This document shows, one piece after another, positions 39,105-53,198 of a stretch of 64,000 nt of DNA. The notes under the pieces were generated by a model. It was not told where the DNA came from and made no database searches. It worked only from the letters and a program-made list of their open reading frames with translations. The position numbers and the translations under genes are program-made. The stretch comes from Octopus sinensis (taxonomy: Eukaryota): assembly GCF_006345805.1 (NCBI RefSeq), contig NC_043005.1, positions 45,384,001 to 45,448,000 on the forward strand. Direction: 5' to 3'. Each line of letters begins with the position of its first letter. Within the stretch, counting starts at the first letter, position 1.

Positions 39105-39782
39105 GATGGCAAGCTGGTAGAATCGTTAGCATGCCAGGCGAAATGCTTAGGTATTTCGTCTGCCACTACGTTCTGAGTTCAAATTCAGCACTGCCTTTCA
39201 TCCTTTCGGGGTCAATTAAATAAGTACCAGTTACACACTGGGGTCAATGTAATCGACTTAATATCTTTGTTTGTCCCCTCTATGTTTAGCCCCTTGTGGG
39301 CAATAAAGAAATATAATGTGAAACTTGGTCATTGAATATATAGAGACACACTGATACATATTTAGTTAAAATGACTGAAGCATATATTAAATAGTATGGG
39401 CAGAGGTGTGACTGCGTGGTAAAAAGTTTGCCTCCCAACCACATAGATCTGGGCTCAGTCCCACTGTGTAACATCCTTGGCAAATAATTTCTGCTAAAGC
39501 CTAGGGCTGACCTAGTAAATTTGTTAGACAGAAACTGAAAGAAGCTTGTCAGGTATGTATGTAAACGTCTTTATTTGTCCTCCACCATTGCTTAACAACT
39601 GGTGCTGGTGTGTTTACATCCCTGTAGCTTAGCAGTTAAGCAAAAGAGAACAAACAGAATAAATATCAAGCTTAAAAGACAAAATAAGTACTGGGGTCAA
39701 TACATTTAATGGGAATTCTATAAAGTGGTGCCCCAACATGGCTGCAGTCTAATGAGTGAAACGAACAAAGGATAAAACAGAA
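39105..39782 (+). mobile_element. SINE family A (~39105-39312) followed by family B (~39398-39782)
   Basis: Family motifs as above. Confidence 0.8.
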
Positions 39783-40329
39783 AAAGTTATTCACCTAAAC
39801 TTCTTTCTAATCCTCTTTAGTAACCACCAACATAGAGATAGGATTATCATTGCCACATGAAGAAGATTATTCGAAAGATTTCGGATTAAAAAATATTTTG
39901 CAACTACGATTCAGCATCACTTCTAAGAAACACAAAAGGTAGAACCAAGATAGGAGTAGTCATCTTGATTCCGCACACAAAAATATCAAAATAGCATTCT
40001 TCAGAGAAATTTCCGACTAGAAATGAAAACTGAAATTAGAAAAATAAATATAAAATCACAGAAACTCAATTTCAATATTTATTTTTCAACTTGACATTTC
40101 AAATATAACGAAATAATTAAATGAAACCACGAAATTATTCTATATTCATTGGTCACAAAGACATAAGTCCACAGTAATTAGAAGCCACCTGAAAACAAAT
40201 GAAATACTTTTGCTATTTAGTTAGAATTTCAAACAAAAACAAGCATCTTATGTGGAATCGTGAATTATGACATTTTCTTTCATAAAGATCATATTAAAAT
40301 ACAAAAACAAATTATAGTAATCACTTAAC

Positions 40330-41018
40330 ACATGCATATGTACACAAGTACATACAAACACATATACATGTATATACATACATATATATAGATAGATGTG
40401 TTTATATATTTTGCATATATATACATGTACGTGTGCATGTATATATAAATATATATATACACATATATATATATGCATACTTACAAATATTAATATACAT
40501 AGATATTTACATATATATATATATATATGCATACATATATAAGTATATATGTATATATAAGTATATATGTACATATAAATATATATATATGTATGTATAT
40601 ATACATATATATATATATATACATATATATACATGTATATATATATATACATGTATATATATATACATGTATGTATATATACATATAGACATGTATATAT
40701 ATATACATGTATGTATATATATATATATATACATATATACCTACATATTTATATACATATATACATACATATATACACACATGTATGAATATGTACATAT
40801 ATATGTACAAACATATATATATACGTATGCACATATATGTATTTATATGTACATACATATGTATACATATATAAACACACACATATATATGTATATATAT
40901 ATATATATACATATGTAAACACACACATATACAAACGTGCACAAACATATACATATGTGTATATATACATATATATATATATATATACATATTTAGATAT
41001 ATATGTATAAGTAGAGGC

Positions 41019-41053
<35 letters not shown>

Positions 41054-41170
41054 TAAATACATAGGTACACACATATATAGATACATATATATACACATAT
41101 ATATATATTCACATATATATATACATACATGTGTACATATATATATACATGTGTACATATATATATATAC

Positions 41171-41220
<50 letters not shown>
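40330..41220. repeat. Long degenerate (TA)/(CA) tract
   Basis: Direct reading. Confidence 0.95.
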
Positions 41221-41813
41221 CCTATGATGGTTGCCTCTTATGTGTTTAAATGTACACTGTATTTATATGAATAATATAAGTCTATTGACTAAATTTTGTT
41301 ACACACTAGGCCACTGGTAGTAGAAATTTCTAATATTTCTTATTACCCTTGATATTATTAATTATTGATAACTTTTTCTTGATAATTTTCAAATTGAGGG
41401 GCCGGCATGTTTATTTACTACCGACAAGGAGCTGCGCTTGCAAAGTAGATTTGAAAAATTAGAATGTATATACTGGATTGCCATGTGCATATATGTTTAA
41501 TCTAGGTGAACCTGCTGAAGAAGACTCTGCCTAGCAAATTATTTTATTTGCTAAAATAAGTCTGAAACCATGGTCCAGGATTTATGTAGTAGATGTTATT
41601 CATTCCCTTCAAAGTTTTATCCCTAATGGTGGCTTGGAATTTAACTGTTCTTTCTGGCATGCAAGGAGTCCTATGATGGAGGCCTCTTATGTGTTTAAAT
41701 GTACACTGTATTTATATGAATAATATACAGTTTATTGACTAAATTTTTTTTACATGCTAGGCCACTGGTAGTAGAAATTTCTAACATTTCTTATTACCCT
41801 TGATATTATTAAT

Positions 41814-41815
<2 letters not shown>
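41221..41815 (+). mobile_element. Partial-tandem ~450-bp unit with hammerhead (retrozyme or Penelope pLTR-like)
   Basis: Direct repeats 41221-41364 and 41670-41815 (about 9 differences), hammerhead between them, (TA)n on both sides. Confidence 0.7.
41511..41579 (+). ncRNA. Type I hammerhead ribozyme motif
   Basis: CCUG-CUGAAGA-AGACU[..UAGCAAAU/AUUUGCUA..]AGUCU-GAAAC-CAUG-GUC^-CAGG; intact core, GUC triplet, helix III palindrome ACCAUGGU. Confidence 0.8.
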
Positions 41816-41853
<38 letters not shown>

Positions 41854-43856
41854 CATACATGTTTACATATATATGGACATATACACATGTATATACATAT
41901 ATATGTATATATACATATATGCACATGTACATATATATGCGTATACATGTGTATATGTATATATATATATATACATACGTGTACATATATATGTTTGTGT
42001 TTGTATACACATATGCGTGTGTGTGTGTGTGTGTGTGACATATCAATGATTGTACAATACAGACACTAAATTGTTTTCTTTTTTACCAAGGAAACCAATA
42101 CAATTCTAAAATTAAAGTAGAGCATTAAGAAAATACATAAAAAAACAAATAATGAAACAAAATAATCTGAAATTAATAAGTTGAAATAAATTTATCGAGA
42201 TGCTTGCTTGACTTGCACAATTCTCACGGAATTTTACCATTCTCACAGTAATACACAATAAAATGCAAATTGTCCTTTTATAAATTCAGAGTATCCAACA
42301 AAATATTTTTCACATTTGTAACAGCTCTGTTGTTAGCTGAGTATTATTTATGGATTATAAAGAACAAGTGTTTTCTTTATTATTATATATTATATATGTG
42401 TGTGTGTGTGTGTGTGTGCATGTGTGTGTTTGTATGCGTAATTCAAGTGCGTGAAAAATGCTCACTGCTGGAGAGTTTATTATCAAACGGGTGGCAGAAA
42501 ATAATTTTGTTCAACTTTTTAAATGAATTATTTCACTCTCTCTCTCTCACACACACACACACATTTTGTTTTTTCTCTCTTTAAATTTCATTTTGAGCTT
42601 TCAGCTTTTTGGAAGAGATTGGCTTAGCATTTGATAGTTCCTGTATAACTTTTACCAAACATGGCCTCTTTTCTTTCTCCTCTTGCTAGTATGCTAAGAA
42701 GCGAAGCAAAATGAAAGGAGACACCAAAAATAGGATGTTTGTTTCCTAAAAGTGATGAACTAGAGAAAAATATTAAATGACCTTTTATTAGGTCAATATT
42801 AGAATTTCTTCAACATTTTCTAAAGAGTTCTATTGGGAATTGTTTAAGCTAAGTAAGCAGTATCTGCACCTTACTATTAGTGCACCAAAAAGCTTCAGGC
42901 TCGAGATATTTGTAACTATGTAAGGAATTCCATAGAATAATCTGCCAGTGTCCAATAAAAGAACAAAGGAATCATTGAAGCAACAACATATAAAGACTAT
43001 GGAAAAGTTCTGCACAATCTCAGATGATTTGTTTAACCTCATTGAGTTTTTTTTTTTTTGTTATTTCTAAATATTTTTTCCATGCCATAACTCATACAAT
43101 TACTCACACACACACACCTCTATATGTGGCTGAAAACACATGAAACAAAATGTAAATTTGATTTCACATTTAAAGTTTCAAATTACAATTAGATTTACTG
43201 TTTTAAATTACTATTACATCACCCATCAGTTATAATGAAATAAGGCGTTGGGGATTTTTATACTTTTCCATTTTAATTTGACCATTTAACTTGCAAATAG
43301 AATAACCATTTGCTAGAGATATGTGCAGAAATATAAAAAGGTAACTTTTTTGTTAATCATGAAATCATTATATCTTTATTAAATTTCTAAAAATTCATGA
43401 TATTTACAAATGTATCTAATTTTGATAATATCCAACATAACTATTAGCTTATTTTAATAATAATTAAATTGTAAATACATGTTACAATAATATTTTCCAC
43501 ATAAAAAACTATATCCATGATGACATACAAAAAATAATTACTAGACACCCAAATATAATTTTGCTATAAAATATATTTTCCTTAGCCAATGTTGCCATCA
43601 GCATAATTATAATTCTAAAGTAGTACAAATGAATATATGAAGCTCTGAACAATGTGGATGTTCACAATTATGAACACATTATATAATATAGACACAATTT
43701 CTTCTTTGTTGTCAATGCTTCCTTTACATGGAGATCACAATGGTAATGAGCAGGGCAGGCTTCTTTCAATGTTTCCATCCTTTTATTTGAATATTCTTTC
43801 TATTTGGCTATACACCACCTTTTTTTACAATGTTCCACAAGCAATGAGTTCACATC

Positions 43857-43903
<47 letters not shown>

Positions 43904-45602
43904 TCATACATATACAATATCATTCTCACGTAAAATAGCATTGTTTAAGAAGTAACTGATTGGATGATAAAGACGGAAAAAAAAAAAAGACACCTGACAT
44001 GTATGAAGAGTTAATTTTTCAATGAAATTATATCCAAGAACTGAAGATTAAACTGCAATTCTGTAAAGCACTTTTTACCTGCCTGAACAGTCAGATGTTT
44101 GTAAAGACAAAATAATAATAATAAAATAAGTAATACTGTCCACACAAAAATATATCTGAAGACAAATACGTTCCATATTACACATTATTACTATTAAAAT
44201 ATGAGGATATACACTACATCCAGTTCTAATATCACATATTTTAAAAAATTTTCGATTTTTGTTATTTTTCTTTGCTGAATTAGCAAATTTGAAACTGCCA
44301 ATAAGAAAAGTTATAATGAGCAAATGACAGAAGAGACAAATATCAAGCTGCTGACAGAACAATTAAGATATAGGGAGCAAACAGGGAAACAATTTGTTTT
44401 TTGTCTTTTGTTAAATATATTTCAGGATTGTTATAAATATGGAAGGGGAGAGGGGCTTCAGAAGTAAATTTTAATTAACCATTTACAGATTTTGTTAAAT
44501 AAATTGTTTGAAGACTAACAAGTCTCCACAGATTTTGACAAATTGATGTGATTTGAAGAGTTTGTAGAGGGTAAAGGACAAAATGAAGGAGAAACTTTGT
44601 GGTTTCAATGAAGCATTTTCTTGACTCTCAAATTATTCTTGTGAAAAGGTATCAATTTGGCACATTAAAAATAATAGAAACAAAAGGAGTGCCCAAGTTG
44701 ATTAATTGTGTTTCCATTTCAATAGCTCATTCATATATAAATATAAAATAAACTACAAAATGCTCCAGCATGCCAGAAAAGAGAAACTTTTAATAATTCA
44801 GGTTTCAACAAATAAACAAAATACATAAAAAGACACTATCAATAAATAAATGTTGAGTTGTCCATGGCAAAATTAAGATACTTTTTCTTCTCTTTCATTT
44901 TTGTTTACTAATGCCTAATTGATACAGATAAATATAAATTCCATAATTAGTTATAATGGTAGTTAATTAGTGATGTATTCACACCAAGAAACATACACAC
45001 ATGCACTTGTGTGGTTAAATAGTGACCAAAGCATTTACATCAATTAACGAGTCTTTCATTTAATCTAATTCTTCTTGAAAAGAAACCAGGATTTATTACA
45101 CAGCCTATATAAAAGTTAACATTTCCACTGATAAAATCACAGATACAAGAGTGACATAATTTTAAGCATTCAAATTTCTTATCAGATAAATAATATTTAA
45201 AACAATATAAAATTTATTTCTAATTATGTAAAAAACAAATATATATATCAAAGGAAGAAATAACAGTGTCTAAATAAATAAGCATTATTATTATTATTAT
45301 CATTTTATATAAGCATGCATTAATGATATTTCACATCTGGAGAGATTGTGAGTAAATCTTATCTAAAAAGTATGGTGTTCTTTAAAACTTTATATTGGCT
45401 GGTTATTGTATTCCCTTTAAGAACCTAATACAAGTTACATGAGTTAAAGAAACTTATAGTAAAAAGTAGGTAAACATTTTTAACAAATATGTTGACTGAA
45501 ATACCATGTGCATCATTCTGATATTCAAAAACATATTCAAAGAAAACTGAAAATACAGAAGTAACAATAAAGGAAACCTGTGTACATATATCATAATCTG
45601 CA

Positions 45603-45831
45603 TTAATCCTTTAGCATTTAAACAGGCCATATTTAGCCAAAATATTCAACCTGTTTTTATGTCTAAACTGGCTAGATCTAGATTCTTACATTTATCCTAT
45701 AATGTTATTCCAAAAATAAACAATCACATCATCAAAATTTCAAAACTATGAGGTAATGAGTGATTAACTGAAAGCAATGTGAATAAATAAGCATTATATT
45801 TGACAGAGTAATCTCAATACTAAAGGATTAA
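45603..45831 (+). mobile_element. TTAA-flanked MITE family 2
   Basis: TTAA-TCCTTTAGCATT ... AATACTAAAGGA-TTAA. Confidence 0.8.
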
Positions 45832-48094
45832 ATGAGAACTAATTAAAAAGATAATTAAAAAGGTGACTGTCACCAATTTGAAATGTTAGAAAACAAATTC
45901 TTAAATGAAAACTTATGTGCCTTAGTAAATGAACAGAAATGAAAGTTATCAAGTAACTAAATTCAAAAATGACCTCCTTAAATCTGAAGACATAGTTTTT
46001 CAAGAATTCTGAGCAGTTCTGTTGAGGCTAATAATAGAAATGCTCTCATCTTTGATAAAGAAGGTGAGGATTTCAGCTATTGGCTATTTTTAAAATACAC
46101 TTTCAGCAAGGAAATATTTCCCAGCAACTTTAATTATAAAACAAGTTTGAAGCTTGTTTTTCATTATTAAAAAAAACAAAAAACTACTACAATAACTGTT
46201 TCATTAAAATAAAATGTTATTTAGTCTTATTTGTAAAGAACTCATTTATATAAGAGAAGAGACCAATTTGTTTTACATGATGTATATATATATACATATA
46301 TATAGCTAGGTCTGAAAATCTAGACGATAAAAGTGTAATTATATAATTTGGTAGGAGTGCTTAGGTTGTAAAGTAACGAATATCAAAACTGGTTGACTTA
46401 GAAATCAGCAATAGTCATCAGTTTTATCTGTAGCATAAATACAATTTCAAATAAATAACTGCAGATAACAGGCAATATTCCAAAACCTACAAAAAATATA
46501 GAATGATGCTGCTGCTTTTTTAGAATGGACTGACTATCTTGCAAACTATTACCAGTTATGTCTCACATTTCATTAAAAAAATTTTTTTAATGCTTTCAAA
46601 CATTAAATATGACACCCAAAGTTCATGAATTGATAAATAAGCTAGTGAAAAACAGTGATACTTCCATCATCAACATCTTAGAAGGCAGATCTTTGTTTAA
46701 CTATTTCATGAAGGTATTTCTAACAAGTAGGCTATGACTTACTACTAATTTTCAATATTATCAACATTTTGGAGGTGCTCAGCAAAATATCTACTGCTTT
46801 ATATACTGGTATATATTGATCCTGACCAACTAAAATATCACAATACTATTCATGTTGCAATGATATTTTGATAGATATTTAAATCTAAATATGAATATTG
46901 TAACATGGGGCTGTCTGAGATATTAGGATGGTTAAACCATGACAATGGAATTAACTTTTGATAAAGTATGCCAGTCATAAAGTAATTAATCCTGAGACTC
47001 CATCAGTGCCATAGATTATGTTAAGTTATCAAAAATATATTTAATGACTGGACATGTAAAAAACTTAAATAAGATCAAAGATGCAGTGAATGACTAATCA
47101 CTTTTCCATTCCCAATAGGTACATGAACAACTCTGGACAACCTCAGTGAAAGTAATGTCTCACATGATATCTTGCAAAAAAAAAAAAAAAAAAAAAAAAA
47201 AGAACAAAATGGAAAAAGGAAAAACAAGTAAATACAGAGTAATGTACATTTGTTGTAGGGAAAACAAACTGTTTAAGAATTAAACAATTTTGAGATATCT
47301 ATATGATAAATAATTTAAGTGAGTGAAAGAATATTTAATGCTTAAAACATTAAAAAGCTACTGATAAACATCACAGCTAATACCAATACAGAGGCCAACA
47401 GGGTGAATAGCAACATACATATATAAATAATATGTATATACTCCAGAGAATTCCACAACTGAACTAAAACAAACATTGATAATCAGTTTATATATTTCAC
47501 ACTAGTAAAGTTCTCTAAAATAAACCAAAATTAAACCTCAAATAAAAAAGAATTTGAGGCACAGAGCAATAGCAGAAATTTCTGAAAATCTGGCAAAAGA
47601 TAGAGGTAGGGGATCACAACCAGTTGTAATAAATTCATTCTGGAATTTTAAGTTCCTTTTCAGTCTTAACGTATTTAAAATATGGGGGTCTGTATTTTTA
47701 AATACTTTGCCCAATTTTCCTTTTAAAGCATTATAAATTCAAATTAATAAGGAATTAGTCAATCAATTAAAGACTTAGTAATTGTAGCCTGATACCAGTA
47801 TTCTATGTGAGGTACAAAAAGAAACAAAAATTGCTATTAATAATCAATAAATAGGTAACACCTAGCTGTAAAGTTATTGCATGTGGTGGAAAAGTTACTG
47901 CTGTACAGAGTGATGGAAGTGAATAATTCTTCTGTTTCATAAGATTCAGCTAATATTGTCCCATGGTGAAAGTGCATTCTAAAGTGGTATTTCTATACCT
48001 AGAAGGATAACTTATGAGGGCTTGAAAATTAAGAGCAGCTTTAATGTACAAGAACCATCACACAGGAATGGCAAATTAATATCTTTTATCTCCT

Positions 48095-48440
48095 ACTTGT
48101 TTCAGTCATTGGACTGCAACCATGCTGGGGCACTGCCTTGAAGAAGTTTTAGTCGATCAAATCAGACCCAGTTGTTATTTTTCTTTTTAAAGCCTGGTAC
48201 TTATTCTATCAATCTCTTTTGCCAACTGCAAAATAACAGATGGAAATACTCCAACACAAAGACACACACATACATAGAGTTATGATGGGCTTCTTTCAAT
48301 TTCTGTCCACCAAATCTACTCTCAAGGCTTTGGTCAGACTGAGGCTATAGTACAAGACACTTGTTCAACGTGCCATGCAGTGAAACTGAACCCACAACCA
48401 TGTGGTTGGGAAGCAAGCATCTTACCACACAGCCACGCAT
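48095..48440 (-). mobile_element. SINE family B
   Basis: Family motifs; another copy at ~49980-50335. Confidence 0.8.
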
Positions 48441-49125
48441 CTATCAATATGTTTTTACCCTGAAACAGGTTGGACAGACCTACATATTTGAATTTTAGCT
48501 TTTAAATTAGTTGTAATAAATACATTTACATCTAATTGATCATCTTGATTCTAACTACACAATCTCAAAGTAGAAAGTAGTTTTCAGGTATGTTAAATGA
48601 ATTGAATAAAAACAAAAATATGTACCTTGCTTATGATCACAACACAGCATCACTATCAGACTTTGAACTCATAACACTGGGTAAGTAGTTCAACAATTAT
48701 ATTAATCTCACAGCCACTGTTTCTTAATAAATTTATGGCAAATCAAAATTAAAAGAAAATACCTTATCCTCATATTAAAATATTTCACTATAGTTACAAA
48801 AAGGTGTCATCTAAGGAGAAAAAAGAAAAAGAAAAACTAACGAAATATTTTCTAATTTGAGTAAGTTTTTGCATAGAAACAAAAATCAAACTAACTGCTG
48901 ATGAAAATATATGTTTTTTATTTTTTATTGACATGAATAATTTTAAAATTTAAATATAGGAATAAAAACTGAAATATAGGTGGATAAAGATAGCTCATTT
49001 TAGTTTAACATTTCATGTATAAATTGTATCCCTTGCAGGGCATACACATTAGACTCCATCAAACAGGTTTTCTTCTTCATAGCTTTCATATCAAAGACAA
49101 CATATAGCATTCATTATACAGACAT

Positions 49126-49163
<38 letters not shown>

Positions 49164-50332
49164 AGAAAGAGACAGACAGACAAAGAGAGAGACTGGAAAA
49201 CATTTTACTGACATTCTCAACATAACTTGTTCACATAAACTCAACCAAATTGACTATCTATGTGGCACTTATTTGGATCAGAATTACAGCATATTTGAAC
49301 CAAGTGTACATAATACTGGAGCATTGGTCTTATATTAAAGAGTGACTTTTTGTTATAAAGTGGACAAATACAAAGATATCCAGTTGTTTCAGCCCAGTTT
49401 TGACATTAATGGCTGATCAGCATCCAGCGTATCATCCCTCATGAAAACACTGTCCAAAGATATAGGTCTTAGAAATAATATAGTGACTATTTTTAAACAG
49501 CAATAAAGAGGGTGATTTGAAAGATATTTGGGGCTGCTACATTCATCAGATTAAGCGACTTTTAGAATTCTTTGGTGGCCGTGTGTGTATATATATATAC
49601 ACACACACATATATTCATATATATATATACACAGACATATATATAAATATACACACACACACATATACATATATATACATACATACACACAAAATCAAAT
49701 CAAACACACATACAGTGTATGTGTGTGTGTTGTTAGTTCATGGGACAGCTGCATTTGAGCCATAAGAGAACATGTTCTTAACAAGCCCGGTATTACTTTC
49801 TGGTATTTTTAACACCAGGCACATTGAGAATATGTTCTTTTACACCAAAAACACAGCCAACGCCTGAACTAACAAGACACACACTTTGTTGTGTATGCAT
49901 GTTTGATTTTGCTTACATACTTCAAGTTGCTTCTTATTCTTATTTGATATATATATACACACATACACACAGAGGTATCTTTTACTGTTTCAGTTATTAG
50001 ACTGTGGGCATGCTGGGATACCACCATTAAGAATTTTAGTTGAATGCACCAACCCCACTGGTACTTATTCTATTGATCTATTTTGCCAAACTGCCAAATT
50101 ACAGGGATGTAAACACAATACTGGTTGTTAAATGGTGGTGGACAAACACAGATATATATATATATATATGCACACACACATTACAGGCTTCTTTCAGTTT
50201 CTGTCCACAAAATTCACTCACAAGACTTTGATCAGCCTGAGGCTATAGTAGAAGACACTTGCCCAAGGTACCATGCAGTTATATTGAACCTGGAATCATA
50301 TTGTTGGGAAGCAAACTTCTTACCACACAGCC

Positions 50333-50368
<36 letters not shown>

Positions 50369-51599
50369 GCACAAACATACACACATATATAGATGTACAA
50401 ACACATATATATACACATAGAAAATAATCACAATTGTATCATTCAAAAGATGTACACAAAATCGACAGTTTGTGTGATCAAACACTGAACTTTCACTGAT
50501 ATAGTCCACCAAGCTGTAGACAGGTACAACTAGGAAGTATTTTGCTACCACTGTAAACAATAGAAAAAGCATAGAATATTTGTAAAATTACCTTTACATT
50601 GCTAAACTTACTATTCCTCCCATGGATCTGGAGAAGTTAGTGAAAAACCATCCTAATAAATTATTCTTTGAATCACCTATGTCAATGTTAAACCTTCAGT
50701 GGTGGCTCAACTACCAGGTAAGAAAAGATTAGCTTTATATTATGTGTGTGTGTCCACTACATGTAAGCAATAATTACAACTATTTATCATTAGAAATAGG
50801 TTTTTAAAATCTAAGAGAATTTCAATTTGGCAGCATATAGCAAAAACAAAAATATGTTGCCTAGGAGTACAAGACTGCTTGTATAGTATATGAATTCATT
50901 CTCTAGGAGCAAGAAGTAAGCTTATTGTATCCACTGGGCACTGCACATTCTAAAAAGTAATTAATATGACAAAAACAGAAAAGAAAAAAAAATTACTAGA
51001 ATGAAATAATTGAAGAAAAAAAACAAAAAACAAAAAACAGGAAGTTTTATTCAAATAATTTTAATGAAATGAAACAACTCCCTGAAAATTGCTTCATTTT
51101 GATGTGTTTTTTTTTTTATATTAAAGACTAAATAAGTCTCAATTATTTACTGGCAGGTAGCTCTATACAGCCACATAGTATCACAGTTAAAGAACCTAAC
51201 ATTTATTGTAACCAAAGTCAAGGCTCAACTTTTTGTCTATGCAACATGTTATTAAAAAAAAATTAAACAAAAAAAAATAATAATAAATTGCTGTAGACAG
51301 ACAATCAATGACTTCAAAATCAGCTGAACATTCTTCACAGAAACATAGCATGCAAGATTTAATAAGGTTCTTGCTTTTTATATTCTTTTTTGGAGGGGGT
51401 GGGTCTTTTTGTTACTGATCATGATACACAAACACAGTAACAGTCCTTACACATGGCAAAATGTGCCATAAAGTTCTCTTTTAAATTTTTTCTTTGTTTC
51501 TTTTTCCTTGTTCTGTTAATCTTATAGATTAATTTAATCTACTTTTTGTCATATGACAGAAAATAAAATGATAAAAGGACATATTTTTCTCTTTCTCAT

Positions 51600-51634
<35 letters not shown>

Positions 51635-53152
51635 GAATGAAATTGAACAAAGTTACAATAACCACTGTCTGTTTACAAGTTGATTTCACAAATCATTGAA
51701 ATACATATTTATTTTCTTGAAGTTGACATTTCTACGATGATTCTGATAGAAATCAGTAGAAATTCATCACAAGACTTTCTTCGGAATTTCATTTCATGGA
51801 AAGTAAACATATTTGTATCAATTTTAACTGTAATAAATTAATAAATAAAATTTTAATATATAACAAAAATAACAAATTCTTTTAATTTTAGTTACTTTAG
51901 AAAAGAAAAATCTAAAAATTACTAAAATTGAACTGAAATTAATCTTGAAACTTTAAACCTTATTCACAGATTATCCTCAGAGATTACACAGTGCCAGGAA
52001 TATTTTACAAAGAAATTAGTTACAATGCACAAATATATATATTTATCATTATTTTTACCATCATTACCTTCTCTAATATCACTTCAAAGTCAGATAAGTT
52101 CTCCAAAACATTGTTTTATTTAAATATTATAGGACAGAAAAATTTTCAAAATGTCCTTCTTTTGCCCTTTAAAATTCGAAATAAATTTGTAAAAGTTTTA
52201 TTTAGCTTATATTTAGCTTATTTTCTCACTGACCTCATGGTGTCATTTTTGGCTTTTTTAAAAATTTTAATAAGCTCTATCATCCTACAAGCAACAAACA
52301 TTTTGTTTCTGTTTATTTTCGCTACATTAGTGCTAAACTAATTTCTGTTGGATAATTTCCAGCTTTTATCCATCATAAGGATTAAAAAGAATCAAGTGAA
52401 TTAACAAAAAAAAAAAATAATAAAAATAAAAAAAATATCATATTTTCTGAAAATAGTACGAGATTAGTACCAAGGTAAAGGTCATCATTTTTTTTTTCAA
52501 ACCATCCATCACAGTCCAGTTGTAGTCCCTTTCGGCAATATGACGCAAGTTAAAATTGAAAATAAAAATACAGTAAAACTTGCCAGCATAAAATAGCCAT
52601 CATTAATATAATTTCTCTCTCTTTTTTTTAATACATAGCAATAAAGATATTTAAAATATATATAACTTGTGAAGTAGACTATGAACATTCAACATATCAC
52701 AATAGAAAGTATTAAATTTTTAACAAAGCAAAATGAAAACAACTGCAGCAGTACATGGCAATAAAGAAAGGGTTCTTTAACATGGTATTATAAACACATA
52801 CAAAGATATATATGTGCTGGCATCTAAACCATTATATTTTCTCCAATATCTATCACATTTGGGGTATCTTTTTTTTAATTTTTACTCTTAAGTCAATTTC
52901 ACAGAATATGAGAGTGCAAAAAAGAAATCTTTTAACGTTGACCTAGTATGAAGTAAACATATACACAAGTACATAGGACACATACACATATACATATGAT
53001 ACATTCATATTAAACATGTATACAGACATGTTTACATACAGGGTACACACACATACAAATGTGTGTGTGAAATTGTGTGTGTACATGCAAACGTGAGTGA
53101 AAACAAGAGTGAAAAAGAACACTCCAAATCGAAGTTAGAGTATTATATCTTC

Positions 53153-53198
53153 TATCTTGTGACTTCAAGTTTCATGTCTTCCATCTTCAGACAAAATA
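53153..53198 (-). ncRNA. Minimal hammerhead-like motif with degenerate helix II
   Basis: UAUUUUGU-CUGAAGA-UGGAAGACAU-GAAAC-UUGAA-GUC^-ACAAGAUA; 8-bp helix I, intact core, weak helix II. Confidence 0.5.

Noticed and set aside
50622-50717. ATG-initiated frame MDLEKLVKNHPNKLFFESPMSMLNLQWWLNYQ ending at CAG|GTAAG
   Set aside because: No recognisable homology or promoter context, and competing minus-strand splice signals; cannot be supported without RNA data.
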